A DNA stretch of 64,000 nt from Pedosphaera sp. (GTDB lineage Bacteria > Verrucomicrobiota > Verrucomicrobiia > Limisphaerales > JADLHS01), in contig SIBJ01000010.1 in NCBI GenBank assembly GCA_009695195.1, positions 145 through 64,144 of the forward strand, given 5' to 3'. This document shows positions 1 to 10,174 of this stretch, piece by piece. The notes beneath the pieces were generated by a model that searched no databases, was not told the DNA's origin, and saw only the letters and a program-made list of their open reading frames with translations. How positions within the stretch are numbered: the stretch's first letter is position 1; each line of letters begins with the position of its first letter. Both the position numbers and the translations under genes were made by a program.

Positions 1-89
1 CCATAGGTAACTGCTTTGGTGCTGGTCGCCGCGCCGATCAGCACGAGGGCGGCGAGACAGGATTTGAATATCGGAGTTGTTGTTTTCAT
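1..89 (-). CDS. 5' end of a secreted protein (runs off window start)
   Basis: ATG at 89 reads MKTTTPIFKSCLAALVLIGAATSTKAVTY, a signal-peptide-like sequence (translated by hand). Confidence 0.6.
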   Translation of the reverse strand, partial: MKTTTPIFKSCLAALVLIGAATSTKAVTY

Positions 90-159
90 ACGAGCTTCTG
101 TTCGGGGTTTCATTTTTGATTTGAGCTACGAGGAGATATTAGCGCCGAACCCCGAAAAC

Positions 160-185
160 GCCTAGCTAGCCGAGCGGCTAGTTTT
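160..185. promoter_or_regulatory. palindromic operator-like site CTAGCC-GAGC-GGCTAG, copy 1
   Basis: 23/26 identical to 4686-4711; upstream of a minus-strand secreted-protein gene. Confidence 0.55.
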
Positions 186-816
186 CGGGACCTTGCCCCT
201 GGCGGAATTTCAGCGCCGCCTCGATCCGGGAATGAACGTGCAGCTTCTCGTAGATGTGCTGGAGATGCCACTTCACCGCCGCCACCGTCACGCCCAGACG
301 ATCCGCGATCGCCTTGTTCCCCAGGCCGTGCATGACGAATTCCAGGACCTCCCGCTCGCGGTGGGAGAGATTTTCCAATTGCGCCGCCGCCGTGACCTGA
401 CCGCGAAACTGCCCGATGACTTTGCGCGCGATCTCCGGCGTCATCGGCACGCCGCCCTCCTGCGCTTCCCGGATGGCGGCAATGATTTTTTCGGGCTGCG
501 CGCGCTTGAGCAGGTAGCCACAAGCTCCGGCACGCAACGCCTGAAAGATGCGCTCGGAGTCCTCGTACACCGTGACGATGACGATGTGGACTGCGGGTAG
601 AAGCTCATTGATCTTCGCGGTACATTCCACGCCCGTCGAGTCGGGCAGTTGAATATCCATCAACACCACGTCGGGCATCGCCTTGGGAATTTTGCGCAAC
701 GCCTCCGCCACCGTGGCGCAGGTGCAGACACACTGAAAGCCGGGCGTGCGGTTGAGCAGAGTCTCGAAACCCTCGCGCAGGGTCTTGTTGTCTTCGACAA
801 TGCCGACTTTGATCAT
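178..816 (-). CDS. NarL/LuxR-family DNA-binding response regulator
   Basis: REC domain (VEDN, LMDIQLP, GYLLK) plus LuxR HTH (LSHREREVL...IYEKLHV). Confidence 0.95.
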   Translation of the reverse strand: MIKVGIVEDNKTLREGFETLLNRTPGFQCVCTCATVAEALRKIPKAMPDVVLMDIQLPDSTGVECTAKINELLPAVHIVIVTVYEDSERIFQALRAGACGYLLKRAQPEKIIAAIREAQEGGVPMTPEIARKVIGQFRGQVTAAAQLENLSHREREVLEFVMHGLGNKAIADRLGVTVAAVKWHLQHIYEKLHVHSRIEAALKFRQGQGPEN

Positions 817-2933
817 AGCAATCGTTCGGGTAACGGCGCTTGAAAGCGCACGGTGGTTCCGTTCTTAGCGTCGCTGGAAATTTCGCACTCACCGCCCAGC
901 GCCTTCAACCGCTCCGTCATGTTCGGCACGCCATCGGCGCCCGACTTCGGCTCGCGCGAATTAAAACCGCGACCGTTGTCAGCGACCACCACCACGAGTT
1001 GTTCGCTCTGCACGGAAATGCGCAACCACACCTGCGTGGCGCCCGCGTGACGCACCACGTTGGTGAGCGCCTCCTTGAACGCGAGAAAAAGCTCCTGCCG
1101 AAACTTGGGATCCAGCGGATGGTCCGGCAAATCCTCCGCCACGTCCAATCCACAGGTCACGGCGGCGAGGTCCAGCAACCGCTGCGCGTACGCCCCGAAA
1201 TAACTGGCGAGCGACGCGATGGTGTCGTTGCGCGGATTCACCGCCCAGACGATTTCATCCAGCGAAGTCACCATGCGCCCCGCGGTTTCCGTCAACTCGT
1301 CGAGATAACGGCTCTTCTCCGCCGCGGAAGTGGCCGGGCTTTTCGCGAGCGAACTCAGCATGTTCACCTCCGTCAGTCCCGCGCCCAGGTCATCGTGCAA
1401 ATCGTGCGCGACGCGCGCGCGTTCCTGCTCGATCTCGCGCCGGCGTTCGGCGCGCTGACGTTCCTGAATCTGAATCTCCAGTTCCCGCGTGCGCTCCGCC
1501 ACCTGACGACGCAGCACCACGACCCAACTGAACGCGGCCAGCGCCACAAATCCCAGCGCGCCCGCGATCCACAAAACCTTTTTCAACGTCCACCACGGCG
1601 GCGCTTGCAACACCACCACGTCGTTCGGGGAGCGCAATTGGACCCGGAAAGATTTCGCCCGCCAGTTCTCGCCGGCGCTCCATTCGCCGGGTTCAATCTG
1701 ACAGACGCCGGTGACGGAAACGCGGCTGCTATTTTCCAAAGTCGCGAAAGCGTCCTGCCCCTCCGCCTGTTTCAAGTAGGCTTGGAACGTGAAATCCCCG
1801 TCTTGCAGAATCAAATACTTCTCGGAACCATGCAGCGCGCGGTCGAGCAATCTGGCCGCGACCTGAATCAAGCGGCAGTCGTGCTTGCCCTGCAACGCCT
1901 CGTCCGGGGTCAGGCGCGACGGCTCAATCGGCGGGCCGGCGGCGAGCTTGCGAAAGATGGCGTCCTGCAACACCGGCGTGTATTCCGCCTGGCTTACAAA
2001 GCCCAGCGCTTCCACGCGGTCGCCCACTTGCAACGGCTCGTTCAACTTCGTCTGCACCTCCACGCCCTGTTCGCCATCCTGAAGGAAAAGCGCCTTGCCC
2101 GGTTGGTAATAAATCACGGTGCCCGCCAGCTTCACGCGATGACCGAAGGATTCCTGCGGCGCGAATTGCAGCAGGCTGCCGATGGGCCGCGCGGCAATCG
2201 CAAACGGGTCCTTGAGCGCCGGCTGTTCGATCACTAGATCCTCCGCTCGCGGCACCATGAGCCGGATGGCGAACAACTGGCGTTGATGATTGAACTGCGT
2301 CGCGCAAACGCCGCGCACGCGCACGGTGCTGTCGAGCAATTCCTCCGTCCGTTTCACCGGCAACTGGCGGGCGTAAACCGAAAGCCGCCCGCCGCCCGTG
2401 GCGATTTCGATCAAATGATATTGCGAGCCTTCGAGCGGTTGAACCGACCGCACGATTCCCGCGATCTCGACAAACTGGCTGTCTTCCGTGCCGCTGGCGA
2501 GTTGCTCGTATGTCACCGGCTTCGGCGTCGGCAACGGCGCTTCGCCCACGACGCGCACGCGTTTCGGCACCACGATGGGCGCGTATTCACCTGGACTCGC
2601 CGTTCCCTCCACCTCGACCAACTGGCCGGGTGTGAGGGGTGGCATGTTGGTGGAATCGCGCAGATAAATTCCCGCCGTTTCATCCTGAACAAATCGCGAG
2701 AAGAGCGACTCGTCGAAGAACGTGACGATGCCGCGCAGCCGGACGGGCGTTCGCTGCTGTGCTTGTTCCACCGTCAACCCGCGCACCGCCGCCGCCGTGC
2801 GCAATTCCTCGCCCGACGCTTGCGCTTCGGCCAATGACGGCAACAGGCCAACGCCGATTGCGAAAGCGACTGGCAACCCGCCGCGGAAAAGTCCGGGCTG
2901 CGGTGCGGAAGATGTCACGGGTTTGTCTGGCAT
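813..2933 (-). CDS. membrane sensor histidine kinase (HisKA_3 type) with large extracytoplasmic repeat region; start uncertain
   Basis: ERARVAHDLHDDLG H-box, EALTNVVRHA N-box, DNGRGF; TM helix after PPWWT; overlaps the RR start by 4 nt. Confidence 0.92.
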   Translation of the reverse strand: MPDKPVTSSAPQPGLFRGGLPVAFAIGVGLLPSLAEAQASGEELRTAAAVRGLTVEQAQQRTPVRLRGIVTFFDESLFSRFVQDETAGIYLRDSTNMPPLTPGQLVEVEGTASPGEYAPIVVPKRVRVVGEAPLPTPKPVTYEQLASGTEDSQFVEIAGIVRSVQPLEGSQYHLIEIATGGGRLSVYARQLPVKRTEELLDSTVRVRGVCATQFNHQRQLFAIRLMVPRAEDLVIEQPALKDPFAIAARPIGSLLQFAPQESFGHRVKLAGTVIYYQPGKALFLQDGEQGVEVQTKLNEPLQVGDRVEALGFVSQAEYTPVLQDAIFRKLAAGPPIEPSRLTPDEALQGKHDCRLIQVAARLLDRALHGSEKYLILQDGDFTFQAYLKQAEGQDAFATLENSSRVSVTGVCQIEPGEWSAGENWRAKSFRVQLRSPNDVVVLQAPPWWTLKKVLWIAGALGFVALAAFSWVVVLRRQVAERTRELEIQIQERQRAERRREIEQERARVAHDLHDDLGAGLTEVNMLSSLAKSPATSAAEKSRYLDELTETAGRMVTSLDEIVWAVNPRNDTIASLASYFGAYAQRLLDLAAVTCGLDVAEDLPDHPLDPKFRQELFLAFKEALTNVVRHAGATQVWLRISVQSEQLVVVVADNGRGFNSREPKSGADGVPNMTERLKALGGECEISSDAKNGTTVRFQAPLPERLL

Positions 2934-3041
2934 GATCGGAACCGAACTCAAGCAATGCGGTTTAACGCACGATTCAGCCCTGCTTGTGTCCCGTGCGCCG
3001 GCAATTGTCAATCGGCATCAAGCCGGCGCGCTGCGCTGCGC

Positions 3042-4649
3042 TCAGTTGCACAGCCTCGCAATCCGGTAGAAGCGGGAAGTGGATTGAAAGTTCACCGTCA
3101 CCGTTTGAACGCCGCCGTTGCCGGTAAGGTTGGTCAGCGCCAGCCAGTTTGGATCCAGGAGGTTTGCTTTCCAGCGCACTTGATAGGGCAAATCGAGAAA
3201 GGTCACGAACCCGATGTTCAAGCCGTTGCCGACCCGCGCGGCGGAAACCGGCACGGGGAATTCCGTCGCGCCCGTCGCCGTCAGTTTCAAATCGTCAAAC
3301 AACACCGCGCCGGCGGCAGTGGCAGGTTGCCGGAAAACCACTTGATAGCGGACGAAGCTCGTGCTCGCGGGCGCGACGAGATTTGTCACCGAACCAATCA
3401 CCGCCGACGTCGCGGGATTGAGTTGATTCGTGACGGCGAGATTCAGCCACACGCTGGCGGTGGTGTTGGTGCTGATCAGTGCCGTGCGATAGAGCGCCAG
3501 CACGCTGGCCGACGCGTCGCGAAAGGAAACTTCGATCCACGCCAAGTTCGCGCCCGCAATCTTGTCCCCGCTCGGAGTCAGCGCCCAGCCATCCGCCGTG
3601 AAGTTTTGCCCGGGCGATGTCGGGAGGTCCTGATAAACGCCGGAGTAATTGTCGCTCCCGGTGAACTGGCCGAAGACTTTGAACCCGTTGCTGCCGCCAT
3701 GCACCGGAACATTGTTGCTGTTCTCGAGCAACGTGTTGAACCCCGCGCCGTAGGTCGTCCAACTCGCCAAGCCGCCCGACTCGAAGCCGGGATTGGTGAG
3801 CGCGTTTCCGCCGCACGCGGGCAGGTTCATCGGCGCATAAACGCGCACGTAGTCCACCGTCATGCGTTGCGGAAATGTCGTCGAGCCGTTGGGATTGCCG
3901 GGCCAGTTGCCGCCGACGGCGACGTTGAGCAACAGGAATTGCGGCTGCGTGAACACCCACGTCGCGCCGCCCGGCAGACTCGCGGGCGTCGCGCTGAAAT
4001 ATTGCTGGCCGTCCACGAACCAGCGAAGGCGATTCGTCTCCCACTCAACGGCGAAGACGTGAAAGCCATCCGCGAAGGCTGCGCCCGCCAAAGTGTAAGG
4101 CCCGCCGATGCCGCCGCCGCCGGAGTAACCCGGCCCGTGAATGGTGCCGTGAACAAGATTCGTCTCGGCCCCGATGTTCTCCATGATGTCAATCTCGCCG
4201 CAGTTCGGCCAACTGACCGAATCAATGTTCGTGCCGAGCATCCAGAACGCCGGCCACAGTCCCTGACCGCGCGGAATCTGGATGCGCGCCTCGATGCGGC
4301 CATACGTCCAGGAAATCTTGCCTTTGGTTTTCAGCCGGGCGGAAGTGTAACTGCTGCCAAGATAACTTTCCTGCCGGGCTTCGATCACGAGTTTGCCGCC
4401 TTCGACGCGGACGTTGTTCGTGCGGGAAGTGTAGTATTCGAGTTCGTTGTTGCCCCAACCGCCCGCGCCGATGTCATAGGCCCACTTGGCCGGATCGGGC
4501 GAACTGCCGTCCGCCTGCGCGAACTCGTCCGCCCACACCAACGTCCAGCCGGTGGTGTTCTGCGCGCCGGCGCTCCCGGCGCACACCAGACCGCCAGCCA
4601 GCAAGGCCGCGAGTTTCATCGAGCGCTTCAGGTTCACGAACTGAATCAT
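3042..4649 (-). CDS. secreted GH16 beta-glucanase with CBM-like module and C-terminal FYR domain
   Basis: signal peptide, WPAFWMLG and GEIDIMEN catalytic motif, NPGFESG CBM-like start. Confidence 0.9.
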   Translation of the reverse strand: MIQFVNLKRSMKLAALLAGGLVCAGSAGAQNTTGWTLVWADEFAQADGSSPDPAKWAYDIGAGGWGNNELEYYTSRTNNVRVEGGKLVIEARQESYLGSSYTSARLKTKGKISWTYGRIEARIQIPRGQGLWPAFWMLGTNIDSVSWPNCGEIDIMENIGAETNLVHGTIHGPGYSGGGGIGGPYTLAGAAFADGFHVFAVEWETNRLRWFVDGQQYFSATPASLPGGATWVFTQPQFLLLNVAVGGNWPGNPNGSTTFPQRMTVDYVRVYAPMNLPACGGNALTNPGFESGGLASWTTYGAGFNTLLENSNNVPVHGGSNGFKVFGQFTGSDNYSGVYQDLPTSPGQNFTADGWALTPSGDKIAGANLAWIEVSFRDASASVLALYRTALISTNTTASVWLNLAVTNQLNPATSAVIGSVTNLVAPASTSFVRYQVVFRQPATAAGAVLFDDLKLTATGATEFPVPVSAARVGNGLNIGFVTFLDLPYQVRWKANLLDPNWLALTNLTGNGGVQTVTVNFQSTSRFYRIARLCN

Positions 4650-4685
4650 ACTTGAAGCAACAAGCTTGTCCTGATTTTTGTCCGT

Positions 4686-4711
4686 GCCTAGCTATCCAAG
4701 CGGATAGTTTT
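4686..4711. promoter_or_regulatory. palindromic operator-like site CTATCC-AAGC-GGATAG, copy 2
   Basis: matches 160-185 with a compensatory change; ~40 nt upstream of the GH16 start. Confidence 0.55.
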
Positions 4712-5711
4712 GAGGCGAGGGCGGCTCCAGCGGCATCGGCTGGTCGTGATCCAGAAACTCGCGGCAGATGCGGAAAAAATTATCCTGCGTTTCGGCGCGG
4801 CGGATTTGATGGAGGAACTCGCCGTTCGTGCCCACGCCCTCGCCGAGATAGTTCATGAATTTTTTCATGCGCTCCACCCGCACCTTCTCCGGCGCATCGA
4901 AGCTGGCTTGCGACTCCCAAAGCGCCGTGATGTAAACGAGCACGTCACGCCCCGTCGGATACGTCACCGGTTCGCCGCGCTGGCGCTGGCGGATTTGGTT
5001 GAACAACCACGGGCTGCGGATCACGCCGCGACCAATCATCAACCCGCGCGCTTTCGTCTGCGCCAACAGGTCGAGCGCTTGATCGGCGGAATAAACGTGG
5101 CCGTTCGCAAGCACGGGGCACTTCATGGTTTCGGAAGCTTGGCGGATCAGATCGTAGTGGACGGGCAGGCGATACATCTGCGCCACGGTGCGCGCGTGAA
5201 CCGTCAGCAAATCAATCGAGTGTTTTGTGAAGATGGGCAGCAGCGTGTCAAACTCTGCGGGCGAGGCGAAACCCACGCGTGTCTTCACCGTGAACTTGAT
5301 GCTCACCGCGTCGCGCAGCGCGCCGAGGATGGAATCAATCCGTTGCGGCTCGCGCAGCAGCCCGCCGCCGGCGCATTTTTTGTAAACGATGGGCGCCGGG
5401 CAGCCGAGGTTCAGATCGATCGCCGCGACGGGAAGTTGTTGCAGTTCGTTCGCCGTGCGAATAAGCGAAGGAATGTCGTTCCCGATCATCTGCGCGACGA
5501 CGGGGCGGTCGGTGGAATTCTGTTCGATGGAATCGAGAATCCATTTCTCCGGCCGCGAGACGGCGTGGACGCGGAAGTATTCCGTCCAGTAAACATCCGC
5601 GCCGCCGTAGCGATGCATGAGTTTCCAGAACGCGCCGTCGGTCACGTCCTGCATCGGCGCGAGGGCGAGGAAGGGGGTGGGGCCGCCTAGGAGTGGGCCA
5701 AGATCGGTCAC
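4692..5711 (-). CDS. dus: tRNA-dihydrouridine synthase family protein
   Basis: LAPMQDVT, DLNLGCP, TVHART, GLMIGRG motifs; probable GTG start overlapping the Uma2 stop. Confidence 0.9.
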   Translation of the reverse strand: MTDLGPLLGGPTPFLALAPMQDVTDGAFWKLMHRYGGADVYWTEYFRVHAVSRPEKWILDSIEQNSTDRPVVAQMIGNDIPSLIRTANELQQLPVAAIDLNLGCPAPIVYKKCAGGGLLREPQRIDSILGALRDAVSIKFTVKTRVGFASPAEFDTLLPIFTKHSIDLLTVHARTVAQMYRLPVHYDLIRQASETMKCPVLANGHVYSADQALDLLAQTKARGLMIGRGVIRSPWLFNQIRQRQRGEPVTYPTGRDVLVYITALWESQASFDAPEKVRVERMKKFMNYLGEGVGTNGEFLHQIRRAETQDNFFRICREFLDHDQPMPLEPPSPQNYPLG

Positions 5712-6280
5712 AACGCGAGTTGCAACCAGGTCACGGAGAAGCCGGCGAGGAGTTTGGAGCCGGCCCGCTCGCCCTGTTCGGCGAGGGCGTGCAGTTTGTA
5801 AACACCTTTCTCCAATGCGAAGATTTCCAGCGTGCAGGCTTCCGGGTCCACGATCCAGTATTCGCGCACGCCGAATTTTTCGTAGAGTTCCTTCTTGTCC
5901 ACGCGGTCCCGGCGCCGGCGTCCCGGCGACAAGACTTCGACCGCGAGGTCCGGTGCGCAACGCACACGGTTCGTTACCAGGTGGAGGCGCGGCTTGGAAA
6001 TGAAAAACACATCGGGCTGAACGACGTGCTTCTGGGTCAGCACCACGTCGAGCGGGCTGAGGAAAACTTCACCCAGCTTCCGGCTCATGACGAAAGCATC
6101 CATGAGTTTGTACAGACGGGATACGATCCGTTGATGATCGGGGACTGGTGTCGGGGACATGATGATTTCTCCCTCCCAAAGTTCGACCGGCAAATTGGAC
6201 TCCGGCAATTCGGCGACCATCTCGTCAAACGTCCAAAGCCGCTTCCGCGCAGCGGGCCGGGTCAAAGTTGCTGTTGCCAT
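5708..6280 (-). CDS. Uma2 (DUF820) family putative endonuclease
   Basis: ELWEGEIIMSPTP, QPDV, PDLAVEVLSP, YEKFGVREYWIVDP. Confidence 0.92.
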   Translation of the reverse strand: MATATLTRPAARKRLWTFDEMVAELPESNLPVELWEGEIIMSPTPVPDHQRIVSRLYKLMDAFVMSRKLGEVFLSPLDVVLTQKHVVQPDVFFISKPRLHLVTNRVRCAPDLAVEVLSPGRRRRDRVDKKELYEKFGVREYWIVDPEACTLEIFALEKGVYKLHALAEQGERAGSKLLAGFSVTWLQLAL

Positions 6281-6311
6281 GCCGGCAACTAAACAGATTT
6301 TGCGCGGGAAA

Positions 6312-7793
6312 TCAAACCGCTTTTGCCGGCGGGTTTTCGCGGCTGAGGAGGCTCGCCAGCCAACCTGTCACGAACGTGATCGTCGAGCCGATCAGCACAT
6401 ACCATTGCCAGGAGATTTTAAGTTGCAGCCACACGAAGGCCATGCCCGCGACGCCCACGCTGACTCCCGTCAGCGCGCCTTTCGGCCCGACGCGGCGGGT
6501 CAAAGTGCTGAGCAGAAACAACCCTAGCACCGGCCCGTTGGTGAAGGAGGCCACCGCCAGCACCGCGTCCACGCCGCGGCCTTTCATCGCGATGGCGATC
6601 ATGGCCACGATGATTTGCACTACGCCCCAGAGCGCGGTGAACAGGCGCGAGGCGTTGAGATAGTGCATGTCGGACTTGTTGGGCGCGAACAGCGGACGGT
6701 AAAAATCCGTGACCGCCGTCGCGGAAAGCGAGTTCAACGAACTGGAAAGCGTGCTCATGGCGGCGGCGAAAATCGCAGCAACGACGAGACCGATGAGGCC
6801 GATGGGCAGTTGTGTGACGATGAAATGCGGGAACACGCGGTCCGCTTTCGCTGCGACATCCGGTGGCAGGATTGCGGCTTTCTGGTAGAACACGAACAAC
6901 ATCGTTCCAATGATCAGGAACAGCACGAACTGCGCGAAGATCACCGCGCCGCTCGTCAACAGCGCGAGCGTCGCTTGCTTCGGAGTTTTTGCGCAAAGGT
7001 AGCGTTGCACCATCAACTGATCCGTGCCATGCGTGGCCGTGGTGAGAAACGCGCCGCCGATGACGCCCGACCAGAACGTGTAGCTGCGGCTGAGGTCGAA
7101 GGTGAAGTCGAACACGTCGAACTTGTGCAGTTCACCGCCGACGGCCACAACTTCATTCCAGCCACCGGGAATTTTTCCGAGCAACACCAACGCCGCCACA
7201 ATCGCGCCGACGAGATAGACGACGAGTTGGATCGCGTCGGTCCAGATCACCGCCGCCATGCCGCCGAGATACGTGTAAACAATCGTGACCACGCCGATGA
7301 TGAGAATGGAAACCGGGTCCGCCCAACCGGTGAGCGCCACGAGCACGAGGGCCGTGAGAAAAAGCCGGATGCCGTCCGCAATCGAGCGCGTGATGAGAAA
7401 GAGCGAAGCCGCCGTGCGTTTCACACGCCCGCCGAAGCGCTGGTCGAGAATCTGATACACCGTGAACAGCTCGCCTTTGAAGTAGAGCGGAATGAACAGG
7501 GCCACGATGACGAGTCGCCCGATCATGTAACCGATGACGAGTTGCAGGAAGGTGAAGTTGCCGCCCACGCCCCCCGCGTTGGCCGCAAACGCGAACGCCG
7601 GCACGCTGATGAACGTCACCGTGGAGGTTTCCGTGGCGACGATCGAACCCATCAGCGCCCACCACGGGGCGTTGTTGTCCGAGAGAAAATAATCGCGGAT
7701 GTTGCGCTGCTTGCGGCTGAACCACCATCCCACGCCGAGCGTGCCGAGCATGTAAACCACGATGATGATGAGGTCGAGCGGATGCAGTTTCAT
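6312..7793 (-). CDS. sodium:solute symporter (SSS) family transporter
   Basis: [47 protein letters not shown]; multiple TM helices. Confidence 0.92.
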   Translation of the reverse strand: MKLHPLDLIIIVVYMLGTLGVGWWFSRKQRNIRDYFLSDNNAPWWALMGSIVATETSTVTFISVPAFAFAANAGGVGGNFTFLQLVIGYMIGRLVIVALFIPLYFKGELFTVYQILDQRFGGRVKRTAASLFLITRSIADGIRLFLTALVLVALTGWADPVSILIIGVVTIVYTYLGGMAAVIWTDAIQLVVYLVGAIVAALVLLGKIPGGWNEVVAVGGELHKFDVFDFTFDLSRSYTFWSGVIGGAFLTTATHGTDQLMVQRYLCAKTPKQATLALLTSGAVIFAQFVLFLIIGTMLFVFYQKAAILPPDVAAKADRVFPHFIVTQLPIGLIGLVVAAIFAAAMSTLSSSLNSLSATAVTDFYRPLFAPNKSDMHYLNASRLFTALWGVVQIIVAMIAIAMKGRGVDAVLAVASFTNGPVLGLFLLSTLTRRVGPKGALTGVSVGVAGMAFVWLQLKISWQWYVLIGSTITFVTGWLASLLSRENPPAKAV

Positions 7794-7963
7794 GGTTTGC
7801 GGACGCGGTATTACTGGAGAAGTGACCGCGGGAAGGCGAGAAGATTTTTGAGTGACCGCGCGTGGGGCGGGCGGCTCCGCCTGCCACCGTCCCACCGACC
7901 ATCCCCCCGCTGGGGCCGCACGCAAAACTTGTTTCGCTTCCGCGAATCGGCGACAACGAACAC

Positions 7964-8962
7964 ATGTCTTCCGCCGCCAACGTCGCAATTCATCCAAGCC
8001 AGTTCCCGGACGCGATACGGCGCGACCTGCTCGAATCGCTGCGCACGCGGCGGGTGAACCACAAATTCCATTACGACAGCGCGAAGCAAACGCAGAAATG
8101 GCTCGCGCTGCATCAAGCTCATTCGCCTTCGCGCAATGACTGGGATTGTTCAACGACGTATGAACGGGCCTTCGCCGCCGCGAGCGAACGGATTTCCGCG
8201 AACCCCATTCACTTGATCGGCCTTGGCTGCGGCGGCGGCCAGAAGGACGCGCGCTTGCTGGGAGCACTAAGTCGCCGCGGCAAACGGGTCACGTACTCGC
8301 CGTGCGATGTGAGCGCGGCGATGGTGCAGGTGGCGCGGGACGCGGCGCAGCCGGTGGTCACGGAGAAAAATTGCTTCCCGCTGGTCTGCGACCTCGCGAC
8401 GGCCAACGATCTGGCCGAATTTTTCGCCGCGCTTCAATCGCCGCCCGTTGCCCGCCTCATCACGTTCTTCGGCATGATTCCGAATTTCGAGCCGGCGGAC
8501 ATCCTGCCGAAGCTCGCTTCGCTCGTCCGCTCTGACGACTGGCTCTTCTTCAGCGCCAACCTTGCGCCGGGACCGGATTATTCCGCCGGCGTGCAGCGCG
8601 TGCTGCCGCAATATGACAACCTGCTCACGCATGACTGGCTGATAACCTTTCTGCTCGACCTCGGCGTCGAGCGTGGCGACGGCGAAGTGCGTTTTTCGGT
8701 TGAGGACAATGGCGATTTGAAACGCATCGTCGCGCGATTCCACTTCGCGCGCGCGCGCCGGATCGAACTGGACGGCGAGTCCTTTGAGTTCAACGGCGGC
8801 GAAGCCATCCAACTTTTCTTTTCGTATCGCTACACGCCGGAGCGGGTGCGCACAGCGTTGGCGGGCCACGGATTGGAAGTCCGCGAACAATGGATCACGA
8901 AGTCCGGGGAAGAGGGCGTGTTTCTCGTGCATCGTAGCGGCGACCCGGCAGAGCGCCGCTGA
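7964..8962 (+). CDS. L-histidine N-alpha-methyltransferase (EgtD-like) SAM methyltransferase
   Basis: [17 protein letters not shown] motif, [15 protein letters not shown]. Confidence 0.75.
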   Translation: MSSAANVAIHPSQFPDAIRRDLLESLRTRRVNHKFHYDSAKQTQKWLALHQAHSPSRNDWDCSTTYERAFAAASERISANPIHLIGLGCGGGQKDARLLGALSRRGKRVTYSPCDVSAAMVQVARDAAQPVVTEKNCFPLVCDLATANDLAEFFAALQSPPVARLITFFGMIPNFEPADILPKLASLVRSDDWLFFSANLAPGPDYSAGVQRVLPQYDNLLTHDWLITFLLDLGVERGDGEVRFSVEDNGDLKRIVARFHFARARRIELDGESFEFNGGEAIQLFFSYRYTPERVRTALAGHGLEVREQWITKSGEEGVFLVHRSGDPAERR

Positions 8963-8975
8963 AACCTCAACGGCT

Positions 8976-9863
8976 TCAAAATACTTTCATCGTCTCCAGC
9001 ACCGCCTTGATGCGCGGGACTTCGTGCGTACGGAACAAATCCGTTTTGCCCAGCGCGGCGAGCACGGCGAAGAACGGTTCGGCGCAACGCACTTCCTCGC
9101 CGAAATACTCGAACGCGTGCGGCAACGCGTGGCAGATGGGAAAGCCGAGCGTCCGCAGCCGGAACGTGTTCAAGAAGATGTTTATCTGATGCCGCACGCG
9201 CACCGCGCTGTCTTGCAAGTCGCGGTAGTAGAAACCAAGACCGGGATCGAGGATGATTTTCTCCACGCCGTCGCGCTGCGCGATCTCGATCTGGCGCGAA
9301 AAATATTCCCGCATCAATTCAATCGGATCGGCGCTGAGATCAAAGTCCGCCACCTCGCGGACGTTTTTCCCCTGAACGTAGCAGATGATCACCGCGGCAT
9401 CGTGCGCCGCTACCAGGCGGAATAATTCGTCGCTGCGATCCACGCCGGTGAGATTCAAAATGTTTGCGCCGGCTTCCAGACACGCGCGGGTCACGGACGG
9501 TTGATAGGTTTCCACCGACACCAGCACGCCGGCTTCGCGCAACGACTTGATCGCCGGCAGCAGCTTGCTGCTTTGGCCCGCGTCATCCACGCGCGCGGCG
9601 TGCGCGAGCGTGGATTCCGCGCCCACGTCCACGATGTCCGCACCCTGCGCCCGCAAAACTTTTCCGCGTTCAATCGCTGATTCCGTCGTGAGGCAGACAC
9701 TCTCGCGATACCACGAATCGGGCGAGAGGTTGATGACGCCCATGATCGCGGGCCGCGCGTTGAAGGGGAAGGGTCTGCCGCCGATGGAGAATTCCTTCAC
9801 CCGCGCCGAGGCCGCGGCGCGATTGTTTTCCAGCAATCCGGAAAGTTGTTCAAGGGTGAGCAC
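8976..9863 (-). CDS. folP: dihydropteroate synthase-like pterin-binding protein
   Basis: IMGVINLSPDS, IVDVGAEST, ILDPGLGF, RTHEV. Confidence 0.75.
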   Translation of the reverse strand: MLTLEQLSGLLENNRAAASARVKEFSIGGRPFPFNARPAIMGVINLSPDSWYRESVCLTTESAIERGKVLRAQGADIVDVGAESTLAHAARVDDAGQSSKLLPAIKSLREAGVLVSVETYQPSVTRACLEAGANILNLTGVDRSDELFRLVAAHDAAVIICYVQGKNVREVADFDLSADPIELMREYFSRQIEIAQRDGVEKIILDPGLGFYYRDLQDSAVRVRHQINIFLNTFRLRTLGFPICHALPHAFEYFGEEVRCAEPFFAVLAALGKTDLFRTHEVPRIKAVLETMKVF

Positions 9864-9945
9864 GCGGAGGCAATCGTAAACTCCGCGCCGGGCGCGAGCA
9901 CGCGAAAACTTTCGGTGTCAAAAATCCAAAATCGTAAATCAGAAG

Positions 9946-10022
9946 TGGCGCGCCCGGCGCGATTCGAACGCACGACCGCCTGCTTAGAAGGCAGATGCTC
10001 TATCCAACTGAGCTACGGGCGC
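9946..10022 (-). tRNA. tRNA-Arg(UCU)
   Basis: reverse complement GCGCCCGTAGCTCAGTTGGATAGAGCATCTGC-CTTCTAA-GCAGG...GTTCGAATC...CGCCA; 77 nt, anticodon TCT, encoded CCA. Confidence 0.96.
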
Positions 10023-10065
10023 CACCACGCCGACAGTAACGGCGCGCCTTCGCCGGCGCAACAGT

Positions 10066-10109
10066 GTTTGGAGTTCCGTCCCGCTTCTTTGCGGGACGGA
10101 ACTCCAAAC
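10066..10109. repeat. perfect 19-bp hairpin (REP-like)
   Basis: GTTTGGAGTTCCGTCCCGC-TTCTTT-GCGGGACGGAACTCCAAAC between divergent promoters. Confidence 0.7.
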
Positions 10110-10174
10110 GACGCGCCCGCGCCGAAAAAACAGTTCCTTTCCACCGAGGCGGTTGCTTACTCTCGCGCCGGAGC

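Noticed and set aside
9946-10022. tRNA-Arg as the attachment site of an island
   Set aside because: No duplicated tRNA 3' end and no integrase seen in the window.
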